Below are positions 19,306 to 29,332 of a DNA stretch of 48,026 bases, piece after piece. Positions within the stretch are counted from its first letter, which is position 1. The number at the start of each line of letters is the position of its first letter. The stretch is taken from positions 1 to 48,026 of the forward strand of contig JBIOHC010000030.1 in assembly GCA_044448685.1 (NCBI GenBank), in the 5' to 3' direction. The translations under genes and the position numbers were made by a program. The notes under the pieces were generated by a model. The model had not been told where the DNA came from and searched no databases. It saw only the letters and a list, made by a program, of their open reading frames with translations. The DNA is from Bacteroidia bacterium. Lineage in GTDB: Bacteria > Bacteroidota > Bacteroidia > Palsa-965.

Positions 19306-22300
19306 TTGCAATTTATATTGTTTATGAACCGAATCAGAGGTGTTTTCAGGCGTATTCCGGCTTTACTCTTCCTGGGTCTGGTTGTTCCGACATTACTTCC
19401 TGCACAGTTCTACAGCGGTTCACAAATGGACTTTGGAAAAAACAGGGTTCAATACAAGGATTTTATCTGGTCTGTTTTCCGATTTGAAAAATTCGAAACC
19501 TATTTCAATGTGGGAGGGCGGGAAATTGCCGTCTATACAGCTCAGACTGCAAAAAAACATATTGATGAGTTTGAGAAATTCATGGATCATTCCATGGATG
19601 AAAAAATACAGTTTATCATTTACAATAAATACGAAGATTACCGTCAAAGCAATGTGGGCCTGGAAGGGGAAGCACAGAACAATGTAGGTGGTGTAACCCG
19701 TATTGTAGGACGTAAAGTATTTGTTTATTTTGACGGGGATCATAAAAAACTGGATGAACAAATACGTGCCGGAATAGCAGAAGTTCTGCTCAATGACATG
19801 ATGTACGGAGGTGATCTGAAAGATGTCCTGAAAAATTCAACCTTGCTGAATCTGCCGGAATGGTATACCAAAGGGTTTATTGCATACTGCTCGCGCAAAT
19901 GGGATACCGATATAGACAACAGGGTTAAAGACGGTATTACCAATGGTAAGTATAAATCATTCAACAGACTGAGCGGAGATGAAGCGGCTTATGCCGGACA
20001 AAGTATCTGGAACTATATTGTTGAAACATACGGGGAAGGCGTTGTTTCCAACCTGTTGTATATGACCAAGGTGAGCCGTAATGTGGAAAACTCCATGTTG
20101 TTCGTACTCGGTGTCAATATCAATAACCTCACCAGTGACTGGTTCAGCTATTATTCAGACCGATATCGCTATACGGATTCAGCCTCTGTTAAACCAGCCA
20201 GTCCGGAATTACTCAAACCCAAAAAAGTCAAGTCAGGCCGTGTGTACAGTCAACTCAGGCTGAGCCCTGATGGTAATTATGTTACCTATGTTACCAATGA
20301 GATGGGTAAGGTTAAGTTCTATCTGTACGATATTGCAAAAAACAAAAAGAAGCGTATACTGAAATACGGACATAAGATGGACCGTATCAATGATTACACT
20401 TATCCTGTGGTAGCCTGGCATCCGTCGGGTAAACTGTTTGCCTATGTGTCCGAAGTCAAGGGCCGTAACTTCCTGACCTTTTATACCATTGAAACCGGTG
20501 AAAAGGAAAGCCGGTCTATGGACAGCTATGAAAAAATTCTGGATATGTCTTATAGTGATGATGGCAAAAAAATTGTGCTATCGGCTACTTCCAAAGGCCA
20601 AAGTGATATCTATCTTCTTACCGTAGCCGGGAATTCATCTGAACAGATAACAAAAGATATATATGACGATCTGCATCCCAGGTTCATCAATCATTCCAAC
20701 ATGATTCTGTTTGTTTCGAACCGAACCAATGATACGATCAGAGGAGGAGTTACAACAGAATCTCAAACCAGCTTAAGCCATTTCAGTGATCTGTTTATTT
20801 ACAATCTCAAAACAAAATCGAATGTACTCCGCAGGGTTACCAATACCCCTTATGTGAATGAAACCTGGCCTTCCGATTTTCAAGGCGATAAGTTCACCTA
20901 TCTGAGTGATGCAAACGGAATTATGAACCGCTATGTAGGACGATTTGACAGTGCTATTGCATATGTAGATACTTCAGCCCATTACAGCTATTTTGTCAAT
21001 TCCCAACCGGTAACCAATTATAACCGGAATATCCTGGAGCAGGATTTCTGTGTCAAAAACAGCAAATATGCAGAAGTGGTTTATTCCAAAGGGAAATATC
21101 ATATGTATATCCGCAGTCTGGGCGATTCCGCATTGATTAAACCGGTTAAACTAAAAAATACTCCTTTCCGGAATGAGCTGACCCGGAATGCGAAACTGCT
21201 GAGTGACGCAGAAAAGAAAAAGGATGCGAAAACACAAACCGTTTCCAATTCCAAGCCGGTTACCGGTGGTATGGATAAAGTCAATGTGAAAATTACCGAA
21301 TACAATACCAGCAGGGATACCTCTTCCCTCAATATCAATAATTATAATTTCAATAAGAATCAGAAAAAGGAGAACCCCGGAGGGCCTACTATTGCCGGTA
21401 ATCCTAAAGATACCCTTGCCAAACGGGATACGACTGTCAAATCCCTTAAAGACGGATTCTTCCTCCCGCTTCAGCGTAATTACAAAATTCAGTACGCAAC
21501 GGAATATGTGGTGACACAGCTTGATAACAGTTTTTTGAATGCCGGTTACCAGAAATTCACCGGAGGAGGGGCTCCTGTCTATATGAATCCAGGGTTTAAC
21601 GGATTGTTCAAGATAGGGATGACGGACCTGCTTGAAGACCATAAAATTGTCGGAGGCTTTCGTCTGGCTGCCGATCTGAGCAGCAATGAATTTATTCTCA
21701 GTTATGACGACCGGACACATCGTCTTGACCGTCAGCTGGTACTGCACCGTGAATCCCTGCTTGATGTAGCACAGGGCGATGGATCTCTTGTCAAGATCCA
21801 TACCGATGAAGCCATCTATAAGCTACGCTGGCCTTTAAGCGAAGTGGCCCGTATCGGGGGCAGTATGACGTACCGGAATGACCAGACTGTGCATCTTGCA
21901 ACAGACGATATCCATCTTGCTGCCCCTCATGATTATCAGAACTGGGCCATTGCCCGTCTGGAATATGTATATGACAACACTATCAAGCGCGGGTTGAATC
22001 TGTATAACGGATTCAGGGGCAAGATTTTTTATGAATACTATAAACAGATCGATGCCAAGGCCACGGACATGACAGTCATTGGATGTGATTTCAGGTATTA
22101 CCAGAAAATACACCGGGATCTTATCTGGTGTACCCGTTTTGCGGCAAGCAGCTCTTTTGGTGCTGAAAAACTCATTTATTACATGGGTGGTGTGGATAAC
22201 TGGTTCAATCCTAAATTCAATAATTCCATACGGATTGCAACAGATCAGAATTATGCATTTCAGACTATTGCCACACCTATGCGGGGATTTTATCAGAACA

Positions 22301-22677
22301 CCCGTAATGGAAATAATTTCGTCCTGGCCAATACGGAACTTCGCTGGCCAATATTCCGTTATCTCATCAACAGGCCCATCCGATCTGACTTCATCAATAA
22401 TTTCCAGATCATAGGCTTTGGCGATCTGGGTACGGCCTGGAATGGAGCCTCACCCTGGTCGGAAGAAAATTCCCTGAATACCACCATTGTCAGTTATATG
22501 GGAAACCCTATCACTGTTACACTGAAGAATCATACAAACCCTATCGTTGGCGGTTATGGAATAGGACTCCGGACACGGTTATTCGGATATTTTATCCGTC
22601 TTGATTTTGCCCATGGCGTAGAAGATGGTATCATCCTTCCAAGAATTACCACCCTTTCCTTTACCCAGGATTTCTGA
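19306..22677 (+). CDS. Large secreted/outer-membrane protein: unknown N-domain + TolB/PD40-like propeller repeats + Omp85-like C-terminal beta-barrel
   Basis: Signal peptide, then PD40-like repeats ('SPDGNYVTYVTNEMGKVKFYLYD', 'WHPSGKLFAYVSE', 'SDDGKKIVLSATSKGQSDIYLL'). The C-terminus has 'GFGDLGTAWNG' and 'GYGIGLRTRLFGYFIRLDFAHG', ending in Phe. Confidence 0.6.
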   Translation: MQFILFMNRIRGVFRRIPALLFLGLVVPTLLPAQFYSGSQMDFGKNRVQYKDFIWSVFRFEKFETYFNVGGREIAVYTAQTAKKHIDEFEKFMDHSMDEKIQFIIYNKYEDYRQSNVGLEGEAQNNVGGVTRIVGRKVFVYFDGDHKKLDEQIRAGIAEVLLNDMMYGGDLKDVLKNSTLLNLPEWYTKGFIAYCSRKWDTDIDNRVKDGITNGKYKSFNRLSGDEAAYAGQSIWNYIVETYGEGVVSNLLYMTKVSRNVENSMLFVLGVNINNLTSDWFSYYSDRYRYTDSASVKPASPELLKPKKVKSGRVYSQLRLSPDGNYVTYVTNEMGKVKFYLYDIAKNKKKRILKYGHKMDRINDYTYPVVAWHPSGKLFAYVSEVKGRNFLTFYTIETGEKESRSMDSYEKILDMSYSDDGKKIVLSATSKGQSDIYLLTVAGNSSEQITKDIYDDLHPRFINHSNMILFVSNRTNDTIRGGVTTESQTSLSHFSDLFIYNLKTKSNVLRRVTNTPYVNETWPSDFQGDKFTYLSDANGIMNRYVGRFDSAIAYVDTSAHYSYFVNSQPVTNYNRNILEQDFCVKNSKYAEVVYSKGKYHMYIRSLGDSALIKPVKLKNTPFRNELTRNAKLLSDAEKKKDAKTQTVSNSKPVTGGMDKVNVKITEYNTSRDTSSLNINNYNFNKNQKKENPGGPTIAGNPKDTLAKRDTTVKSLKDGFFLPLQRNYKIQYATEYVVTQLDNSFLNAGYQKFTGGGAPVYMNPGFNGLFKIGMTDLLEDHKIVGGFRLAADLSSNEFILSYDDRTHRLDRQLVLHRESLLDVAQGDGSLVKIHTDEAIYKLRWPLSEVARIGGSMTYRNDQTVHLATDDIHLAAPHDYQNWAIARLEYVYDNTIKRGLNLYNGFRGKIFYEYYKQIDAKATDMTVIGCDFRYYQKIHRDLIWCTRFAASSSFGAEKLIYYMGGVDNWFNPKFNNSIRIATDQNYAFQTIATPMRGFYQNTRNGNNFVLANTELRWPIFRYLINRPIRSDFINNFQIIGFGDLGTAWNGASPWSEENSLNTTIVSYMGNPITVTLKNHTNPIVGGYGIGLRTRLFGYFIRLDFAHGVEDGIILPRITTLSFTQDF

Positions 22678-22687
22678 TTTTCCCAAC

Positions 22688-23071
22688 ATGCAAAAAAAAG
22701 CTATGGAAACAAGTTCAGTGCTTATTCTCTTATTAGTAGGGCTTGCCGCAGGTATGCTCAGCGGTATGGTTGGAGTAGGAGGGGGAATAATTATTGTACC
22801 ATGTCTGGTTTATTTTCTGGGCTATTCCCAGCATATTGCCCAGGGTACCTCACTGGCTGTTTTGCTCCTTCCTGCCGGCATCCTCGCTGTAGCCAATTAC
22901 TATAAATCGGGCTATGTCAATATTTACGCCACCCTGCTCATTGCGGTCACATTTGTATTGGGTGGTTATATTGGTTCTAAAATCAGCATCTCCATGGATC
23001 AGCAAACAGTTAAGAAAATTTTTGCAGGTATGCTGCTGCTGGTAAGCGTTAAAATGTTTTTAGGAAAGTAA
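22688..23071 (+). CDS. TauE/SafE (DUF81) family membrane protein, half-length (4 TM)
   Basis: 'GMLSGMVGVGGGIIIVP' is the DUF81 hallmark. There are 4 predicted TM helices. Start taken at the internal MQKK. Confidence 0.55.
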   Translation: MQKKAMETSSVLILLLVGLAAGMLSGMVGVGGGIIIVPCLVYFLGYSQHIAQGTSLAVLLLPAGILAVANYYKSGYVNIYATLLIAVTFVLGGYIGSKISISMDQQTVKKIFAGMLLLVSVKMFLGK

Positions 23072-24262
23072 GTGGACGATATCAGAGAACGTATTCAGTC
23101 CCTGGCAGCTAAACTGCTTCCGGAAATCATAAAGCTCCGGCATCATCTGCATGAATATCCTGAGCTCTCCTTCGAGGAATATAAAACAGCTGCATTTGTG
23201 GCATCGGAGCTGGGCTCAATCGGCATTCCTTTTCGTAAGGGTGTAGCCGGTACAGGCCTTGTAGCTGAAATAGGCGGTAAAAATCCGGGAAAAAGACTCA
23301 TTGCCCTCAGGGCTGATTTGGATGCGCTCCCTATTCAGGAAGCGAATATCACTTCCTATTGCTCAAAAGTACCGGGTGTCATGCATGCCTGCGGACACGA
23401 CGTGCATACAGCATCCTTGCTTGGAGCAGCACGGATACTTTATGAACTGAGAGACACATTTGAAGGAACTGTCAGGCTCATTTTTCAACCCGGTGAGGAA
23501 AAGCTGCCCGGAGGGGCTTCCCTGATGATCAGGGAAGGTGTTCTCCAAAATCCGGCACCTCAAACTATTCTCGCTCAGCATGTATTCCCTTCAATGGAAA
23601 CGGGTAAGGTGGGGTTCCGTAAAGGAATGTACATGGCTTCGACAGACGAACTTTATTTAACGGTTACAGGTAAAGGTGGCCATGCTGCCATGCCCTCAGA
23701 TTATAACAACCCTATTTTTATTGCCGCTGAAATACTTCAGGAACTGAATGCGTTTTTTAATACAAATCCACCGGCACCTACCGTCCTGGCCTTTGGGCGT
23801 TTCATAGCAGAGGGTGCCACCAATGTGATTCCTGCCGAAGTGAAAATTGAAGGCACTTTCCGTACGCTGGATGAAAAATGGAGAATGGAAGCAAAAGCGA
23901 AAATGGTGGAGATGGCTACGGCAAAAGCAAAGCTGCTGGGTGGCTCCTGCCTTCTTGATGTGCGCGACGGTTATCCATACCTGGCTAATGACGAAGCTGT
24001 GACATCGAGGGCTATTGCTTGTGCTGAATCCTATCTGGGAAAAGACAATGTGGAAGAGTTGCCCCTTCGGATGACCGCAGAAGATTTTGCTTTTTACTCG
24101 CATCATGTTCCGGCCTGTTTTTACAGACTGGGTACAGGTAATAAAGCCAAAGGAATTACCAGCGGGGTTCATACTTCCACATTCGATATAGATGAAACAG
24201 CATTGAGTACAGGTATGGGCCTGATGGCCTGGATAGCCTGGAATGAACTAAACCGGAAATGA
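23072..24262 (+). CDS. M20D-family amidohydrolase (N-acyl-L-amino acid amidohydrolase/hippuricase-like)
   Basis: GTG start; 'MHACGHDVH' and 'GEEKLPGGA' metal-binding motifs. Confidence 0.78.
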   Translation: MDDIRERIQSLAAKLLPEIIKLRHHLHEYPELSFEEYKTAAFVASELGSIGIPFRKGVAGTGLVAEIGGKNPGKRLIALRADLDALPIQEANITSYCSKVPGVMHACGHDVHTASLLGAARILYELRDTFEGTVRLIFQPGEEKLPGGASLMIREGVLQNPAPQTILAQHVFPSMETGKVGFRKGMYMASTDELYLTVTGKGGHAAMPSDYNNPIFIAAEILQELNAFFNTNPPAPTVLAFGRFIAEGATNVIPAEVKIEGTFRTLDEKWRMEAKAKMVEMATAKAKLLGGSCLLDVRDGYPYLANDEAVTSRAIACAESYLGKDNVEELPLRMTAEDFAFYSHHVPACFYRLGTGNKAKGITSGVHTSTFDIDETALSTGMGLMAWIAWNELNRK

Positions 24263-24891
24263 CAGATACAGAAAAAGAAAAACTGAACAGGGGAGAGGTG
24301 CTGCCATTGATGGAAGAATTTTATACCATTCAGGGCGAAGGATTCCACAGTGGAAAGGCTGCTTATTTTATCCGTGTCGGAGGGTGTGATGTTGGCTGTC
24401 ACTGGTGTGATGTGAAAGAAAGCTGGGATGCCAGCCTGCATCCTCCTACTTCAGCCGATCTGATCATTGAACACGCAAACGCTTTTCCTGCCAGGGCTGT
24501 GGTTATTACCGGCGGTGAACCAGCTATGTATTCCATGGAATACCTGACAAAGGGTTTGCATAAGAAAGGCATTAAAACCTTCCTCGAAACCTCGGGGGCC
24601 TATCCCATTAGCGGTATCTGGGACTGGGTATGCCTTTCGCCCAAGAAAACAATGCCCCCTCTGGAGGAAAGTCTTCGGAAAGCGGATGAACTGAAAGTGA
24701 TTATCTATAATAAAAATGATTTTCAATGGGCAGAAACCCATGCCACTAAGGTGAAACCAGGTTGTATTCTGTATTTACAACCCGAATGGAGCAAATCGGC
24801 ACAGATTATGCAGGATCTGGTTGATTACGTGCTGGAACACCCCAATTGGAATATTTCCTTACAGACTCATAAATACATGCATATTCCTTAA
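24259..24891 (+). CDS. queE: 7-carboxy-7-deazaguanine synthase (radical SAM)
   Basis: 'CDVGCHWCD' CxxxCxxC-type cluster motif of short QueE; 210 aa. The ATGA overlap with the upstream gene supports co-transcription. Confidence 0.75.
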   Translation: MTDTEKEKLNRGEVLPLMEEFYTIQGEGFHSGKAAYFIRVGGCDVGCHWCDVKESWDASLHPPTSADLIIEHANAFPARAVVITGGEPAMYSMEYLTKGLHKKGIKTFLETSGAYPISGIWDWVCLSPKKTMPPLEESLRKADELKVIIYNKNDFQWAETHATKVKPGCILYLQPEWSKSAQIMQDLVDYVLEHPNWNISLQTHKYMHIP

Positions 24892-24892
24892 T

Positions 24893-26860
24893 ATGAAACG
24901 TTACGCCCTTCTCTTCCTGCTTGCCATCCTCCTTATCCATCCTTCAGGAGCTCAGAATACGATGCCCGGTAAGTATAATACGATGGATGAAAAGGCTATC
25001 AGACATTTTGAATCTGCTTTGAAAAAATATCAGGATCATGATGATAAAGGAGCCCTGGAAGATCTGGAGAAGGCCGAAAAGCGGGATGCTAATTTTTCAG
25101 AAGTCTATGAACTCCGGGCCAATATCTTAGTCGATCACAGGGAGTATGACAAAGCCATTGCCGAATACCAGAAACTTTTTGCCCATAACCAACACCCTCA
25201 TTCCGCCACCTACTATACCTGCGGAAACCTGGAGCTCGGCTCCGGACATTACGAAGACGCGAAAGCCCATCTTGAAAAATTCCTGCTGACACCTGGTCTT
25301 GATCCTGATCTGGATGTGGAAACACGTAGAAATATAGCCAGTTGTAAGTTTGCCATCGAAGCAATTAAAACAGCCGGAAAAATCGTTCCGGTAAATATGG
25401 GCCCTAACATCAACAGCAAGGCCCATGAATATTTTCCTGCAATAACAGTTGATGGAAATAAGTTCCTTTATACGCGTAATTTTCGGACTGACGGAATGGC
25501 TTCTCAGGAAGATTTTTACTGCAGTGAAAAAAAAGACGGTCAGTGGCAGCTTTCACAACCTATGACAGAAATTAATACTCCGTTCAATGAAGGAGCACCC
25601 TGCTTTTCTGCGGATGGAAAAATTTTATTCTTTGCCGCCTGTTCTGACGGCCCGGGGGATTTGAATTACGGGCCTACACGCAGAGGATACGGAAGCTGTG
25701 ATATTTTTTATTGCGTACTCCGAAATGGTCATTGGTCCAAACCTCAGAATGTAGGGCCTCCTGTCTGTACCCGTAACTGGGAGTCTCAACCTTCTTTTTC
25801 TTCTGATGGAAAAGACCTTTATTTTGTCAGAGCCACCATCGGAAAAGATCATCAACCAAGGAATGCCGATATATATGTTTCTCATATAAATGCAGACGGA
25901 GAGTTTCAGGTGCCTGTAAGGCTGAATGATAAAATCAATACCCCATTTGATGAAGAAAGCGTATTCATCCACCCCGATAATATGACGCTCTATTTTTCTT
26001 CCAACGGGCATATAGGTATGGGTGGATTGGATATATACATGAGTAAGCGTCAGCCCGATGGAGACTGGGGTGAAGCTATCAATCTGGGTTATCCCATCAA
26101 TACCTGTGGCCCGGAGAATAGTGCCATTGTTGACCCGGCAGGGAATCTGGCTTATCTGGCTTCCGAACGACCTGGAGGATACGGAGGTCTGGATTTTTAC
26201 ACGTTTGAACTCCCAGCCAATGTAAGACCAGAAAAAATCACCTATTTCAAGGGTAAGGTATATGATGCTGTGACCAGGAAACCCCTGGAAGCTAGTTTTG
26301 AACTCTTTGACCTTGGAACACAAAAGTCGTTATACACTTCACTTTCTGACGGTGGAAGCGGGGAGTTTTTTATGACGCTGCCATCCAACAAAAATTATAT
26401 GCTCAATGTTTCCAAACCGGGCTATATGTTTTATTCCGGAAATTTTTCCATGAAAGATTCAACCGACAAGAGTAAGCCTTATATCAAGGATGTACCTTTG
26501 CAACCGATTGCCCTTGATTCCGTGGAGCCGCTGAAGAATGTTTTCTTTGATACGGATAAATCTACCCTTAAACCGGAATCAACAGCCGAGCTGGATAAAC
26601 TGGTTGCGTTCCTGAACACGAATAAAACGCTGAAGATAGAATTGAGAGGACATACGGATAATGTAGGTGATAAGAAACGCAATCAGGTGCTTTCAGAAAG
26701 CAGGGCCAGGGCTGTAATGGATTACCTTATAGCCCACGGAATTGCAAAAGAAAGGCTCACATCCAGGGGGTTTGGAGATACCAAACCGGTTGCGCTCAAT
26801 GATACACCCGAACACCGTCAGTTAAACAGACGTACGGAATATAAGGTTACTGCGAAATAG
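24893..26860 (+). CDS. OmpA-family protein with TPR, PD40 (TolB-like) repeats and C-terminal OmpA domain
   Basis: Signal peptide 'MKRYALLFLLAILLIHPSGAQN' followed by a TPR-like helical segment. PD40-like repeats carry 'INTPFNE/INTPFDE'. The C-terminal OmpA box is 'RGHTDNVGD...NQVLSESRA...NRRTEYKV'. Confidence 0.8.
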   Translation: MKRYALLFLLAILLIHPSGAQNTMPGKYNTMDEKAIRHFESALKKYQDHDDKGALEDLEKAEKRDANFSEVYELRANILVDHREYDKAIAEYQKLFAHNQHPHSATYYTCGNLELGSGHYEDAKAHLEKFLLTPGLDPDLDVETRRNIASCKFAIEAIKTAGKIVPVNMGPNINSKAHEYFPAITVDGNKFLYTRNFRTDGMASQEDFYCSEKKDGQWQLSQPMTEINTPFNEGAPCFSADGKILFFAACSDGPGDLNYGPTRRGYGSCDIFYCVLRNGHWSKPQNVGPPVCTRNWESQPSFSSDGKDLYFVRATIGKDHQPRNADIYVSHINADGEFQVPVRLNDKINTPFDEESVFIHPDNMTLYFSSNGHIGMGGLDIYMSKRQPDGDWGEAINLGYPINTCGPENSAIVDPAGNLAYLASERPGGYGGLDFYTFELPANVRPEKITYFKGKVYDAVTRKPLEASFELFDLGTQKSLYTSLSDGGSGEFFMTLPSNKNYMLNVSKPGYMFYSGNFSMKDSTDKSKPYIKDVPLQPIALDSVEPLKNVFFDTDKSTLKPESTAELDKLVAFLNTNKTLKIELRGHTDNVGDKKRNQVLSESRARAVMDYLIAHGIAKERLTSRGFGDTKPVALNDTPEHRQLNRRTEYKVTAK

Positions 26861-26916
26861 GATAACTGATCCTCCTCTCTCCATCCTCAATGGAACGCAG
26901 ATTGTCATGATCCTTA

Positions 26917-26980
26917 TGATTAATAATGATTTCACAAAAGTCCTTTATCCTTTCTAATCATAAGAATCATGATAATCAGC
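26917..26980. promoter_or_regulatory. AT-rich repeated ATGAT/AATCA motifs, Fur-box-like, in the TBDR leader
   Basis: 'atgattaataatgatttc' and 'aatcatgataatcagc'. The core TGATAATCA matches 9 contiguous positions of the canonical Fur box GATAATGATAATCATTATC. Confidence 0.3.
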
Positions 26981-27105
26981 GTTCTATATTTTAAAGCATC
27001 CTGCCGGATTGAATATTAAGTTTGACATCATCAAATCACCGGTAAAACCCTCCTTTTTCCCGGTCTAAAAACGGTGAGCAGGTTGTACAGGATTGAAATC
27101 GATTC

Positions 27106-27113
27106 TACATTTG
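27106..27113 (+). promoter_or_regulatory. -7 element candidate TACATTTG upstream of the TonB-dependent receptor
   Basis: Matches TAnnTTTG, 22 bp upstream of the ATG at 27136. Confidence 0.35.
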
Positions 27114-27135
27114 TCCTGTTTAAACAGCTGAATAG

Positions 27136-29307
27136 ATGAAAAGACTTCTTACAACAGTTATATGTGCCTTTCTGTTATCTGCCGGTTCCAGGGCACAGAC
27201 CAAAATATCAGGCCGGGTGCTTGACGGGGCCAAACATCCTGTTGCAGGAGCCAATGTATATATTAAGGACAGCTATGACGGATGCTCTACCGGGGCTGAC
27301 GGTACTTATTCCTTCATCGCTGCCGATACCGGAAAAGTCACACTGGTAGCCAGTATGATCACCTTTGAAAAGGCGGAAAAAGTGGTCCTGCTCCAGGGAA
27401 AAGAACTCACCGTTAATCTGAGTCTGAAAGAGTCGGCAAGTATGCTTAAGACCGTTGTTATTTCGGCCGGTACCATGGAGGCCAGTGATGAGAAAAAAGT
27501 AACGATCCTTAAACCACTGGATATTGTAACCACTGCCGGAGCCCAGGGTGATATTACCGGGGCATTGAAAACACTGCCGGGCACACAACAGGTAGGAGAG
27601 TCGGCCGGATTATTTGTACGCGGGGGTACCGGTAATGAAACAAAGACAATCATTGACGGCATGGTGGTGGCCAACCCGTATTTTACCGCATTGCCCGATG
27701 TGGCTTCCAGAGGTCGGTTTTCTCCCTTTCTCTTTAAAGGAACTGTATTCAGTACAGGTGGATATTCGGCACAATACGGGCAAGCCATGTCTTCTGCATT
27801 GGTGCTTGAAACCCAGGACCTGCCAGACATGTCTTCGGCTACTGCAGCCATTTCCTCTGTCGGATTCGGTGCCGGAATCAATAAATTGCTGAAAGACAGT
27901 ACCACATCTGTGGGAGGAGATTTTAACTATACAAACCTGGGTCCTTATTACAGTCTGGTACCCCAGGATTTGAAATGGACTGCCACACCGGTATTCTCCG
28001 GTGGATCTCTGAACTTCCGGAAAAAAACCGGTGAAACGGGGATGCTTAAGTTTTACGGCTATGCCAACTTCAGCCAGGTCGGAATGTCCAGACCAAATCT
28101 GGACAGTACCAACGGATACATGGATCAGTTCACCATTAAGAATAAGAATTATTATACAAACCTTACGTATAAAAACAATCTGAACGGAAAATGGAAGTAT
28201 TATGTCGGAGCCTCCTATAGTTATAACCAGGACGATATGAAACCCAATAATCTGCATATTGTAAACACAAATGAACTTGCTCAGGGGAAGCTGCTCTTTA
28301 CACGTAGTCTGGGCAATCTGACGTTGGTAAGATTTGGAGGAGAGTTTCAAAGCAACCATGATATCAGTGATTACCAGTTGCAGTATTACCATCCTGTATT
28401 CGATATCACCGATAATTATACAGCCGGTATTGCCGAAGCAGATATATACCTCAGTTCAAAAATCGTGGCCCGGATTGGAGGAAGGTATGAATACAGCTCC
28501 CTTCAACAGAAAGGCAATATTGCCCCCCGTACTTCTCTGGCATTCAAAACCGGTAAGAACAGCCAGATTTCTCTGGCATATGGAGAATTCTATGAGAGAC
28601 CTGAAACCCGCTATCTTTTTGAAAAAAACACGCTCAATTACGAACGCGCAACACACTACATCCTGAATTATCAGGTGGTGGAAGAAAAACGTACATTCAG
28701 GGTGGAGGCTTTTTACAAACAATACGAGAATCTGGTTACAACGCTGCCTGTTAGTGTTCAGAACCTGCAGGATTCTCTTCATAACAACGGTACAGGTTAT
28801 GCACAGGGCATAGAATTATTCTGGAGGGATAAGAAAACATTCAAAAACTGGGATTACTGGGTTTCCTATTCATACCTGGATACGAAGAGACAATATCTGA
28901 ACTATCCGGAACTGGCACAGCCTGTTTTTGCCACACCCCATACGGCTTCTCTGGTTGTCAAACGATTCATCCCTGCTGTGCTGGTCAATATAGGTGCTAC
29001 GTATACCTATGCATCCGGCAGGCCTTATTATAACCCCAATAATCCTGTGTTTCTGGGCGACAGGACACCGGATTACCACAAAGTCGGGCTTACGGCCAGC
29101 TATGTACGTAAATTCGGAAAGGCATTTTCCGTATTTGTTATCGGAGTCGATAATGTATTGGGTACAAACAATATTTATGGCTACCGCTATTCGTCTGATG
29201 GCAAACAATCAGCCCCAATCACAGCCACTGCCTCCCGAATGTTTTTTGTAGGTATATTTATGAGCTTTGGAATAGACCGTACCCAGAATGTACTGGACAA
29301 TAATTAA
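27136..29307 (+). CDS. TonB-dependent receptor with N-terminal carboxypeptidase-regulatory-like domain
   Basis: Signal peptide and CarbopepD_reg-like 'KISGRVLDG...ANVYIKDSYDG...DGTYSF'. There is a plug region and a long beta-barrel ending in an aromatic-rich C-terminus. Confidence 0.82.
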   Translation: MKRLLTTVICAFLLSAGSRAQTKISGRVLDGAKHPVAGANVYIKDSYDGCSTGADGTYSFIAADTGKVTLVASMITFEKAEKVVLLQGKELTVNLSLKESASMLKTVVISAGTMEASDEKKVTILKPLDIVTTAGAQGDITGALKTLPGTQQVGESAGLFVRGGTGNETKTIIDGMVVANPYFTALPDVASRGRFSPFLFKGTVFSTGGYSAQYGQAMSSALVLETQDLPDMSSATAAISSVGFGAGINKLLKDSTTSVGGDFNYTNLGPYYSLVPQDLKWTATPVFSGGSLNFRKKTGETGMLKFYGYANFSQVGMSRPNLDSTNGYMDQFTIKNKNYYTNLTYKNNLNGKWKYYVGASYSYNQDDMKPNNLHIVNTNELAQGKLLFTRSLGNLTLVRFGGEFQSNHDISDYQLQYYHPVFDITDNYTAGIAEADIYLSSKIVARIGGRYEYSSLQQKGNIAPRTSLAFKTGKNSQISLAYGEFYERPETRYLFEKNTLNYERATHYILNYQVVEEKRTFRVEAFYKQYENLVTTLPVSVQNLQDSLHNNGTGYAQGIELFWRDKKTFKNWDYWVSYSYLDTKRQYLNYPELAQPVFATPHTASLVVKRFIPAVLVNIGATYTYASGRPYYNPNNPVFLGDRTPDYHKVGLTASYVRKFGKAFSVFVIGVDNVLGTNNIYGYRYSSDGKQSAPITATASRMFFVGIFMSFGIDRTQNVLDNN

Positions 29308-29332
29308 ACGATTATATTAAACAGATCACCTT

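Noticed and set aside
21151-21801. 216-aa antisense ORF inside the 1123-aa gene; the same pattern occurs at 25625..26323 inside the OmpA gene, 32743..33588 inside the YifB gene and 40562..41386 inside secA
   Set aside because: These are shadow ORFs opposite strongly supported coding sequences, and they have no recognisable motifs.
26861-27135. Cobalamin, TPP or other riboswitch in the TBDR leader
   Set aside because: I found no B12-box (GCCACUG-like) or TPP (CUGAGA) core. Only AT-rich hexamer repeats and a short tcaccg/cggtga inverted repeat are present.
27208-28392. Long antisense ORFs (126-260 aa) inside the TonB-dependent receptor gene
   Set aside because: They lie entirely within a confidently identified sense CDS and their products are low-complexity, Cys/His-rich or otherwise implausible. 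They are typical shadow ORFs.
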